DNA from: Chara braunii
Lineage: Eukaryota; Plantae; Charophyceae
Direction: 5' to 3'
DNA length: 64,000 nucleotides
Assembly (NCBI GenBank): GCA_003427395.1
Contig: BFEA01000039.1
Span: 1,852,779-1,916,778 of the forward strand
Positions 13,301 through 25,400 of this stretch are shown here, in pieces. The position numbers and the translations under genes are program-made. The notes beneath the pieces were generated by a model. The model had not been told where the DNA came from and searched no databases. It saw only the letters and a program-made list of their open reading frames with translations. Each line of letters begins with the position of its first letter. Position 1 is the stretch's first letter.

Positions 13301-16300
13301 AGAGTCAAAAGTGTGGCAGTCCAAACAGCACCTCAGCCACCACTGACAATAGTCAGCAATAGAATTGTCATCAAAACACGCAGTAAAAGTGAGTAAACCC
13401 AACCATCCCACATTACACACTAATGGTGGATAATTGTATCTTTTCAAAGTGCTCAAAACCACTCCATAGGTAAGAAATAAGATCGTGGCATTTATAAGAA
13501 AATTTTGTGGAGCGAGGGCTCCAAAATCATTGTCAAAAAACTTGGCTATCTTCTCTTTTTCGGTCGGGTGGATTGGTGCCTCGGCGCCACCGTTCTTGTC
13601 CACCTCATACCCGTCATAGTGGCATTTATAAGAAAGTTTTCTGGGGAGATGTCTCCGAAATCATTATAAAAAAACTTGGCGATCTTCTCTTTTTCGGTCG
13701 GGTGGATTGCTGCCTTGGCGCCACCGTTCTTGTCCACCTCAGACCCGCCAATGATCAATGCACATCGCTGTTTCCAAATTGTCTACAGTGTGCACCTCCT
13801 TCGTATCAGATACCACGTCTTTCCCTGGTCCTTGTAGGCTATAGGAAATCATAGTCTATTTTGAAATCTGATGGATACATTTATTGAATATGAGTTTGAG
13901 TGAGCCCCCATTTCTTTTTTTCCTTTCCTTCTTTTCTTTTCGTTTTGCATCTTTCCTTTTTTCTGCCCCTTCCCTAGTTCCTCTCCATACCTTGGTGGGA
14001 TTTTCGAATTCTTTCATCCCCTTTTATAGTCAGTTATATTCAGGGTTGGCTGTTTCATATAGCCTTGCCTATATGTACTTCTCGAGCCATGAGCACCGAA
14101 CCTGTTGCAGGTCAAGAAGAAACTACCGTCTTCACCCAAAGAGAACGCCAAGTCATTTTTTGGTGCAACTTTCAGTCCAGATACAGCAATAATTACCAGG
14201 TGTTCTATTCGGGTGAAGACGGTAGTGAAAGTACGGATGGCCAAACAACTCAGGTGTTTGGGGGTAAGGCTTGGAGATCGTGGGGGTGGTTTAAAGTTTA
14301 GACCACCAGTACACGGCCCCGCCCTTGTGGAAAAATCTTTCATCACCTACGGTAGTTTCGGAGGCGCGGGGCTGCCGGAGCACAATGGCTGGCCACACCA
14401 GCCAAAAAAGACAAAAAGTGTGCCGCTGAGGGTTCGGCAACATTTGGCACACTGCGGAAAGCGGCCAGGCCTGGGTGTACTGGTGGTTGAAGCCTGAGTT
14501 AAATCTTATCCATTTGATGTCAATGGATGGATTACAGCTGCACACGTTTCTTACCTGCACATCAGGTTTCCAAACTCTTGTGTTGTCCCGGTCCAGACAT
14601 CCACGCAATAATCGGGATCTCCTTGGACCTGCCAGATGTCTGTCCTACCGTCTTCTCCCGAATAGAATGTTTCTCCCGAATAGAAGGTACCATCAGTATG
14701 TCTGTATTTGGCACAACTGTCAGCCCAGATGCAGGGTTGGTCCGCTCTTGCGGGCGTGTACCGGCCCTTTCGCCTTTCTTGCCGGGTATGCGTTCCTTGC
14801 CTTTATTGGCTGGGATCCAGAGCCGGCGCTGTTACTTTGAAAAAATTAGAGTGTTCAAAGCAGGCGTGTGCTCTGAACATATTAGCATGGAATAACGCGA
14901 TAGGACTCTGGTCCTATTTCGTTGGTCTTCGGGATTGGAGTAATGATTAATAGAGACGGTTGGGGGCATTCGTATTCCATTGTCAGAGGTGAAATTCTTG
15001 GATTTATGGATGACGAACTTCTGCGAAAGCATTTGCCAAGGACGCTCTCATTAATCAAGAACGAAAGTTGGGGGATCGAAGACTATCAAAAAAAAAAAAA
15101 AAAAAAAAAAAAAAAACATTGAAAAGTTCTATTTGTGTGAAGGCGGTAGTGACACACATATTTTTCGTTTGCCATTCAAGTTGAAGTAAACACACAACAA
15201 TTTCAAAATTTACACAAAATGATATTAGCACTTGTGGCCCTTATTATCTATCCACTTATAGGCTGTAACATTATAGGGAATTGGCATCTGAGGAGCAACT
15301 TAGCACTTGAGGAGCGAGGTGTGACTCACTCTTGCTTTCTGTGGGGTGTCTCATTTGACCAGGTCAAGAATCTGGTAGATGTAATTCAGCCCGAGCAGAA
15401 GAGGACTCTTCTGAGCATTCTTCCACCATGGCACATGTATGAACGGTATCCTCCCAAGTTGTTATGAAGTCAGCATCAGAGGACATTCCCTCTCCCTCTC
15501 CCTCTGCCTCTCCCTCTCCCTCTCGCTTTCCCTCTCCCTCTCCCTCTCCCTCTCCCACTCCCTCGCCCTCTCCCTCTCCCTTTTCCTCTCCCTCTCCTTC
15601 TTACCTCCCTCCCTCCTGTCTCCCTCTCCCTGAAGCCAGCACCAGAGGACATTCCCTCTCCCTTTCCCTCTCCGTCTCCCTCTCCCTTTCCCCTCTCCTT
15701 CTCTCTTTCCCTCACCCTTGCCCACTCTCTCTCCCTCTCTCTCTCCCTCCCTCTTCTTTCTTCCATCCCTCCCTCTCTTCCCTCCCTCCCTCCCTCCCTC
15801 TGCCCTCTCTCCCTCTCCTTCCTCACTCCTTCCCTCCTCTCCCCCCTTTTTACCGATCGGCTCACCTTTTCTCCGGTTCTGCTGCCTTAGCACGATTTCT
15901 TCATGAGTATCAGAACTCAGAATAACTTGACAAGTGGGGAAATGTTTTTAATCATTTTGTTTTGAAACTGTTGATTTTTTTTTTTGTAAATCTTTGTGTT
16001 GCATTTCAGGGCATATGATGTTATCTAGGCATGATCGCATGGCAGATGAGTTTAACTTAACACCAACAATTCAATCTAAACATCCGGTGCTGTTGGCAGC
16101 AACTTCTTCTTGCATTCTCTGGTTTTGGAATTGGGATAGAATTCGATGAGATGAGGAAGCAGGAGAGAACAAAACGAAAGAAAAAAAGATAAGGAAGCAG
16201 AAGGCGCCGACAATTGAGAAGAGCTGCTGAGCAGCACGGGCTGTGAGACTTGAAAGAGCATTTGCCTGACGTAATTATGTTGTCGTGTTCCCAATTTTCT

Positions 16301-16997
16301 TCCTTCCAATTCTGTCCTCCTGTCCCTATCTTACGATGCCATCCCAACGAGCATTTGAGATTTAAATTTTAAATTTTTTATTTAACGTCATTTTATCACA
16401 GCCATAAATTTTTCCTATTCCAGACCTTTAAATTAGCTCTGCAGAGTATTTTTTCATGAGTCATGGAGGGCGCCTGGTGTACAGCAATGTACAGAATTTT
16501 AAGGTTAGTGTGAAGAATTATGAAATGTGACAAGTGTCAATGTTGAAGTTGGAAGTTTGAAGTTTGAAGTTTAAATTTGGTGTTTTTTTTTCCTTCCTTT
16601 TTTTTTTTTTTCAATAAAGAAAACAGGGTCTTGTTGTCCTCAGGGACTTTTGTTAAAATTGGAACGATACAGAGAAGAGTAGCATTGCCCCTGCGCAAGG
16701 ATGACACACAAAAATCAAGAAACGTTCTGAAATTGTCCAACTTTTTGCTAAGAAAAAGAAAAAAGGGCAGTATGATCGCACAGTTTGAGGTTGTGTGTCT
16801 TTTTTTTTTTTTTTCTTTTGAGAAAGGGCGACAGCTTTGAGATATCATTCATCGAACTGACCGGCCCTAGGTAATTCAGAATTGTAATATTTTACTCATC
16901 TGCTTCCACTGGGGTTTGAACTTCGAACTCAGGTTTGTATTTCAACAGTTCAGGGGTGTACTAACTGAGCTAGGCCAGTTGCTATTTTGAGCCTGTG

Positions 16998-17057
<60 letters not shown>

Positions 17058-18899
17058 TTTTTTAAGCTAATACGGTACAACCTCGATCATTAAAGTTGAT
17101 GAAAATGATTTGAAGTTCGAACTCAAGATCTTATGTATGTTCCATTCTGGCAGATGGGAGCGGTATGTAAAACCAATTTCTCTTGGGACTCCGTAGATTG
17201 TTTGGATTTTACTACTTTGTGTACTTGCTACTTTCTATAATTATAGTACCAGCAATTCGCTTGAGCTAACTGGTTCGGAAAAAAAAAAAAAAAAATAGAA
17301 AACACAAACCTGATGATTAACGACTTGGAAGCTGAGTAAACAAAGAGAGGAAAACAGAAATCAGAACTTCTAGCCTGTGTAGCATCGTGTACGTTCGGGA
17401 CCGAACGCGAACGAGCGCCGAAACTCTCTGAACGCGAACATAAAAATATATATATATAAAACAAAACAGTTCTCCAAAAAATCTGAAAAAAATATATGTG
17501 ATGTAAAATAATAATACAAACAACTTTTGCCTTGGAGTTATGCTCAAATTCGTAACCAAACTCGAGTTAAAAATCAAAAACCAAAAAACAATTTTTTATT
17601 TTTAAGCTTCACTTTATTTAATTTGACAAAGAATTTCCGCTTCCAGGAAGCCGCCGTTAGGCGCGATCACCAAAAAACCATTGACGCCAGTCGTAATTAA
17701 TTATGATATTTTTTTGTCGACAACCAGCGAAGCTGTTTTTATTTGAGTAATTACACCTATTCCGGATGAATCAAATCATATTTGATTTGACCTTCGGAAA
17801 ATCCATATACCCTTCAAATTCACAAATCCCATTGGTTGAAAAGAATCACAGACTTAGTAGACGCAAAGTGAGTGGCTTGCCGCTTTCTTTCTTTCTTTCT
17901 TTCTTTAATCAAGATATTTAGTTGGATCGCCACTATGTGGGGAGGTTCAATACAATATGGATTGCTGCCTATAAGATGCTAGCGCCTAATCCAGGATCCC
18001 ACGAAGGATCCCACGAAGGCGCGAAGCTAGCGTCTAATCCAGGATCCCACGAAGGATCCCACGAAGGCGCGAAGCTAGCGCCTAATCCAGGATCCCACGA
18101 AGGGAACACGTTCGGGTGGCGTTCGGCCGAACACCTTCGGTGTGCTACACAGCTTCTAGCATGTATGGTGGGGTTGAATATGATTGTGTGAAAATCTTGA
18201 TGCTCAACTCTGCCTTCTCTACCAACGCTCCCCGCCAACGACGGCTGCATTCTGTTCAAGTGTACATTGAAAAATCCTCACCTCTCCTGTCTGCTTTTAG
18301 CCCTCATCTTATTTTCTGGATATTAGGGCGCCGTTAGACACTCCTCGGGGGCGTGATTCCAAATATTTCGTCTTCATTCCACCTGTGCTCGGAGATGAAA
18401 TCGGAAATGAAAATGTGAAAACACTCTGAGGACAAATCCTTGGGCTCCGAGGATTTCCCAGCCAAATCGTCCTCGGCTCCAAGGGACCTCGCGAGGTCCT
18501 TTGGGGCCCGAGATTCTGTGTTTCATGGAGAGGAGAGGGCATGCACGTAGAGAGACGTTACAACCGAGAACTCGGATCGTGGCGGCACCCTATTGGCTGA
18601 AAGCCTGAAGCACAACTTTTTTTCTTTTTTTTTTTTCCCTTTTTTTTTCTGACATTGCTCCGAGGATGAGTCTAACGAAGACGGCAAAAACCCTAAAGTT
18701 TTCCGAGGATTCATCCTCGGACGCCCTTAAACTGATCATAACAGATACTACACTTTATCTATTTTTAGCCAAAAGGCCGAGAAAGGTATTTTGTGAGTGT
18801 GTTGTCATATTCGCGTTACACAACTCCACAAAAAAAAGCACGACTGTGCCGGACTGTTTCATCAGACTTTCACGGACTCAGCAGATGTGTGTGTGTGTG

Positions 18900-18962
<63 letters not shown>

Positions 18963-20618
18963 TGAGTTAACAGAGTCTACTGTCATTGACTTTGCTTGAT
19001 TTCAAATATCTTGAGAAGGAGCATCTGTGGAGAGAGTGCTCTTTAACCACCAGTACATTTCCCAGCCATTTTTTTCGCCGATGCAGTTCCATGCACGCCG
19101 CGTCTGTTCAGATACACTGGTTGCCATTTTGCTTGGAAAACATCCAGATAAACAGGACCACAGCGTGACTCATTTCGCCTGGATGTTTTTCCAAGCAAAA
19201 TGGCATGTCGGTGAATCCCCCAGATGCGTGTGCCGCGCATGAATCCACGTCGCAGAAAAATGGCTGGGAAACCTACTGGTGGTTCAAGAAGGGATAATGA
19301 AAAAGGGGAGGGGATGTCCTGATCTGCTAAAATGGGAGTTGATCTTGGCAGTCGTCTTCGGCCATCGAGTTTACGAAACCCGTATGAAAGTATCATTTGT
19401 GTACTTGTGCGTGCTGGAGTATGCTTGAGCTTACCTCAGCAGCGATGGGGTGAGGCGATTGTTCGACTTGTGAACATCCCTGACATCCATCCATTCCGAC
19501 GCACCAAACCGTACACGAGGTCCTCGTATTGTTGTTGTCTGTTGTGCCTAGTGATGCAGCAGGGTGGGAGCTGGCAGAGGAGACATCCACGCATGACCCA
19601 TCATTCTCTTTCGATGGTCACAGTTTGCAGGTCACTTATGACAGAAGAGGACCATCCTATTCTCATTGCTCTGTCACAAGCAGAACATAGGAGCATTTCC
19701 ATCTTTCTTCACCTGCCCGCAGGTCACAGTTTACACGTTTTTTTTTTTTTTTTTTTTTTTTTTAATAAAAAATGAAGGCCACGCCCCTTCTATTCTGGGG
19801 GGCAACAGTCCTGTTGCTTATCACTGGCAAACAGAGTTCAGGTTCAAACTTCAAATGCAAGAAGAGTGAGGAAAGGCCACAGTTTGCAACTTTGCGGCGT
19901 TTGCGCGTTTTGTTGTGCCACCTTTGTTTGTCTTTGTTAAAGTTTGTTTCTTATTTATAGTATGTTTCAAAATTGAAGAATGCCGCAATGAAGAGGTAAC
20001 AAAAATCTAAGGAAGGGAAGTGAGAGGGGGTTGCATTTGTTTTCCTTTTTCTGGCAGGCTGGGTGGGTGAAGGATGTAAATAGCGTGGTGATGTATGAAC
20101 GGACAAAACTACCTTCTTCCCCTGAATACAACGTACACCGTACGATCATTATAGCTGTATTTAGACTGAAAGATATAATGACCGCACGTTATAGTCGGGG
20201 GAAGACTGTAGCCCCATCAATCTCCACCTGGCTATCTGCCTGTCAAAGTGCAGATCATGGACTTGAGGATCTGCAAACTGAAATGCATCCTGACCAGGCT
20301 GGTTTTGCCATGTCCAAACCCTGCTCGGGCTGTTTCTAGAGTTTTCCGCTCTCTCGTTTTTGAAGTTCTTTCCCCTCCAATTAAGAATGGAAACAATTTT
20401 GATCCCAAGATATTGACCGGGGGATTTGCGTGCCGTTCTTGACTCTGACCAGAGGGCAGAAGCAAAGAGTGTGAAAGCACGGAAGGCGACTGGAAGGGAA
20501 GGACGAGGTTTTGATATGCGAAATGGTTTTGGTTGCAGGATGACTTAACAAGATATCCCCCTGACTACTTCGTTGCCGTTCCCCTTGTCTTCGATGTGCT
20601 CTACAAGTAAGGATCCAG

Positions 20619-20679
<61 letters not shown>

Positions 20680-20797
20680 NNNNNNNNNNNNNNNNNNNNN
20701 NNNNNNNNNNNNNNNNNNNNNNNNNNNNTCTGTTATGCCTGTCATCAGCCAGGACATCTAGCCCTGTCTCTTATACACATCTAGATGTGTATAAGAG

Positions 20798-20856
<59 letters not shown>

Positions 20857-22386
20857 GATGCAAGCCAACCAATGAACTGCATGTCCTGCCATGCTGGTAA
20901 ATGTAAAATGTTTGTCACTTGGCGTTTTGCATTGCCTACGCAGTAGTTGTCACTTCTTTGTTCCTACTTGGTCTTGCATTTGTTCGACTACTTTGTTTTT
21001 CTTTGCCATGCATTTGTCCCACATCTTCCATTCATTCTGTTCCTTTGGTTTCTGAATGACAGACGAAAAGTCGAAAACCTCTTTTCTATGTTTCAGCCTC
21101 CTGTCACTACTTCTATTGACACCAAAAGAAGGCACATTGCCAAGCCACCGGAGCCTCTTTTTCCTGATTTTTCCTCGCACGGCACAATTGTTTTTGGTTT
21201 TGGTAGGCCAAGTCCCAAAAGATGAAGCGTGCATTGTGGTGTACATACGGCTGCATTGGAACAAAATAGCTGGGAATTGTACTGCCCATGAGTACTTCCG
21301 CTTTTCCTGATTCGAATTTCTGCTGTGCGCCATCAGTGCTGTGCATTTTATTTTATTTTTTTGCCTGTAGTGGCCGGCCATTTTGGTCTAGTAGGCCAAG
21401 CAATGAGGAACCCGGATTGTTAAAGAACAGAACAGCTGGGAAAGATAACGGTGGTTTAACCCTCTGTGCAATGTGCAATAAGCAATGAGCTTACCTTGTT
21501 CACCCGCCTTTCCTTATCTATAAAAATAGGGAAAATTGCATCTGTAGATTCTGTACCCCCCTTAAAGATGGGAATAGCGGCTATACCCAGTCCCAGCGCC
21601 AACTTGCATAAAAAAACCCAAAACAAGGCTGGTGGAAATTGTTTGCACGCCCAGGACCAAGGTGGACCCAGGTTGGCACAGCAAATTTGCGGTTATAACG
21701 AACTACCGGAATGCACAAATTACGGACATACCCAGGCAAAATTATGGGCATACTCAGGACCTGAGGAGGAGCGGCCAAATTGTTCATATACCTAGCTACT
21801 GGATGGCTGAAATTATGCTCATTCCCAACAGCCGTTGGGCCACAGCGGTCTACGTGGTGGGCATGAGCATAATTTGGTGGGCCTGCGGTATTGGGCACAC
21901 CTACAATTTTGCACAGGGGAAAAGCTGGGTACTATGCAAAGTTGAACGGCCTCCGGGACCCGGTTTAGATGCAAGTTTGTGCTGGGACTGGGTATAGCGG
22001 GTATTCCCATCTTTAAGAGGGGTACAGATGCAATTTTCCCATAAAAGTAACCTGGTGCAGAAAATAAAAAATAAAATAAAAGAAGGCAATACTCCTTGAC
22101 AGGTGGAGACTTCATGGTATACTGTTGAGGGAAACGAAAGAGCCTGAAGAGAGTCCCATTTGGCGGACATTCAAGAGGCAAAGGTTTGACTGGATGGATG
22201 GCTACGAGGCAGGGAAGTGCCCTACCTCCAAAACTTTTGACCGGGCTCAAGTAAGCCAGGTTTTTGATGTACTGGCCGGCCCATGGCCAGTTCGACAGGT
22301 TCTCCATGTGAAACTTTTCTTCAGGTGAAAATAATCTCTATTGCAATTGCACTGATGACTCAAATGGCTTGTCAAGAGAAGAACTC

Positions 22387-22417
<31 letters not shown>

Positions 22418-25400
22418 CCCTCATCCCCCCCCCCCCTTTTTTTAAAGGTTGCGCAAGGGTGTACATGGAAATGTTCTCTTTGCCGTTTGTGTCACCGAGT
22501 TCTAAATTGCTGACATTTTGTGTTTGGAAACTGTGCAGTGGAGTTCAGAAGCGGCTCGCCTCAGCCTCAGCTACTCGACAGAAGATTGCAGCTATTCTCA
22601 TGGCCATTAGCAAGAAGTATCAACAGTCTAAGAGAGTGTGGGAGGTAAGGGCGCATGCCTTGAAGGGCATGCATACTTTTCTTTTCTTTTTTGAAGAAGA
22701 AGAAGTCTTGCTGCTCGCCTTACCTTGTATCTTGTACTATTTTGAAGTTACATTCTGTACCTTGTCAATCTGCACATGGTCTTTGACTTTGTCTGCGTAC
22801 ACTGTCGTTGACTTTGTCGATGTGACTGCTCTGTTGGCGTGTTATTTGTGACACGATCTGCCATCGCCTGCGCTTGCCTGCATAAAACACTGCAGGTGTA
22901 AACTTAGGATCGTGGAGGTTGGCAAGGGTTCGCTTACGTGTACCACAGAGTTTGGAATCTGAAGCGGACAGTCTCAATCGAGTCCTCTGTTCACTGTTCT
23001 TCTCCTCTCTTTGCGGCATGTCAATGAACCCTCGGCACTAGTACCGATCCTCTTGTCTGCACTTGGAACACAGTGTTCGCAGCCAGGAAGGTGCTTTGAC
23101 CGACCACGGAATGACAGTAAGCTCGCTATAAGATGAAAACAAGGAGTAAGGGGGAAAACCAGTTTCAAAATCGCAAAGCTGAACAGCGGCTTTCGTTAGG
23201 GACACCGTTCGTACGGCATGCGGATCCCATTCACATACATCATAAATGATCATTGTAGGGAAAGGAGGACAGTGAGGGACTAGAGATGGGCGTTCCCGAG
23301 AGCAAAGTGGCAACTTCTGCACTGAGAAACTGTTGGGAGTAGGTGGTCATTCTGCCGAGTTTGCACGATCACACAGAGCATGCAAAAAGAAAGGGGTCGC
23401 TATCTCACGACATCAAGATTCTGCACACCGGGGACAGTAATCTATGGTCCGGAATGGGACCGGCTTCACGTATCAAGTCCGTTATCCTAACCTTAACCTC
23501 TGCTTCATCGAAGCCGTTCTTCGACTTTTGCGTGCTGCTTTCAGGCATGACCTATCACTAGGCATACCACGCACGTGTAGCTCACAAACCATTCATTTTG
23601 CGACAAACCATGCTCGTGCAAACACAAAGGCGAAAAGAAGCATCACAGCTTTCATGAAGTTCCATTCAAAGAGGGGAAAAGCATGTGAACCCTCCCCTCT
23701 TACACATGGCCCGAGCCGAGCCAATCACCACCTGAACACACCACCTGTCATCCGAATGCCGACAGTCTGCCGTTGGACACTCCATGAAACACCCCAGTGA
23801 TCATCTCCGTGCTGGCGTGGTCAGCACGCTGGGTTCAAACAACTCCTGCAATCCATTGCAGCGACTTACCAACCGCGCTTGCCCGCTACCGGCTTGTCAG
23901 GACACTATGACTCGCCGATCAACCAAAAAAAAGCTGCCGATCTCGCTCATTCACTGGGAAGATTAGTGAGAGCAAGGGAGACACGCTTCCAAAGTTTATA
24001 GGTGCAAGGCGGGGACAAGATTCGTGCATGCAGCATGTGTGCAAAGGGATGAGAAAGAGAGGGGAAGGAGGGAAAGGCCGGAAGGCGTTGCCAAATCGAA
24101 CCGCGGTGTGGGTGAAAGTAGCCTCTCTCTACATGATGATCCGACATGCAGAGCCATGGGGCCAATCAGGATGAAGGGGAGGAGAGCAGAAGAGGAGATT
24201 CATGGAGGAGGGGGAAGAGTTTAGCGCAAAGGAACGAGAGAAGAAGAAAGGGAAGAAAAGACAAAGTTTAGCGCGAAGAGTGGGAGACGAAAGGCTGCAG
24301 TACGGATAGAGGTGCTGTTTACAATCAAAGAGTGCTAGCAAGGAACTGTGCACGCGCAGAAATGAGAATTTGTGAAGATGCAAAAGAAAAAGGAAAAGTG
24401 ATGGAAACCAGAACATCCCGTAAAAGCAAATGTTCAGAGTCTTCTTCTCAGTAGAACAGGGATGGATTTGCAGTGTATATACCAACTACATGACAACTGC
24501 GATAACCATATAATGCATGGTCATTGTCGCTGTATCCAGACAGAAAATTGCACCTAATACAGCTATAATGACCACTTCGATTCGGGTGAAGAAGGTAGCG
24601 CGTGAAAATGTTGTGCATGATATCGTGTGCACCACCATGTCTTTCAATTTTCAAAGCTTTTAATTGAGCTGCAGAACCTACATGACTTACGAACAATGTC
24701 TCCAACTGTGTGGATTGGATACGATGCTTCCGCAGGCCATACCTGAACCAGACTTATCCAGTCTGTGAGCATGGCCATTCACCATACGTTTTATATCACG
24801 AAAAATATGAAGATAAACCACAATAAAGAATAGAGTGAAACTTTCACACCCTTGGTGATTACTCGAGTCCCCTCCGAACCATACGAGATAGTCACCTATC
24901 ATACGGCTCTCCAACTCAACTTACGATTAGGATAGATATATATTTTTGGATATAGGCCCTGGCAATGTTGAGTATAACCTTATTATCAGACTGACTACCA
25001 GTTTCACACACTCCTTTCTGTCGTTATAGCAAGGCAATGGTAAACTCATGCCTGCTTTCTGATGGGAACTTTGGGTCTTTCAAGGCAAAGCTACGCCGGA
25101 TCTTATTGGCATCAGACATCTTTCAGATTCTGACAAGTACACCTGTTCATGTATGGCTTGTCCCTAAACTTCTAGCGATCCTCCAAGGCCCCTAGAAGTC
25201 AGTGGAGGAGGTAGGTTGTCATGGCAGCGGCTGTTGGTGCCATGTGGCAGGCTTCCTCTTCATCCCTAGAGACAACGGGCCTCGCCACAGCACTCCCGGA
25301 ATGTGCAAAATGGAGCATGCATTTTCCGCAAAAACATGGGACGATTCACCTGCCATAGGTTTTGTCTTTTTCACATTCCGGGAGCCAGGGGGGGGGGGGC

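Noticed and set aside
20764-20801. Tn5/IS50 transposon ends
   Set aside because: Exact synthetic mosaic ends back to back are the Nextera junction adapter; the same applies at 34130-34167.
22847-24400. Retrotransposon coding relic on the minus strand
   Set aside because: The composition is suggestive, but I could not identify any diagnostic motif or termini.
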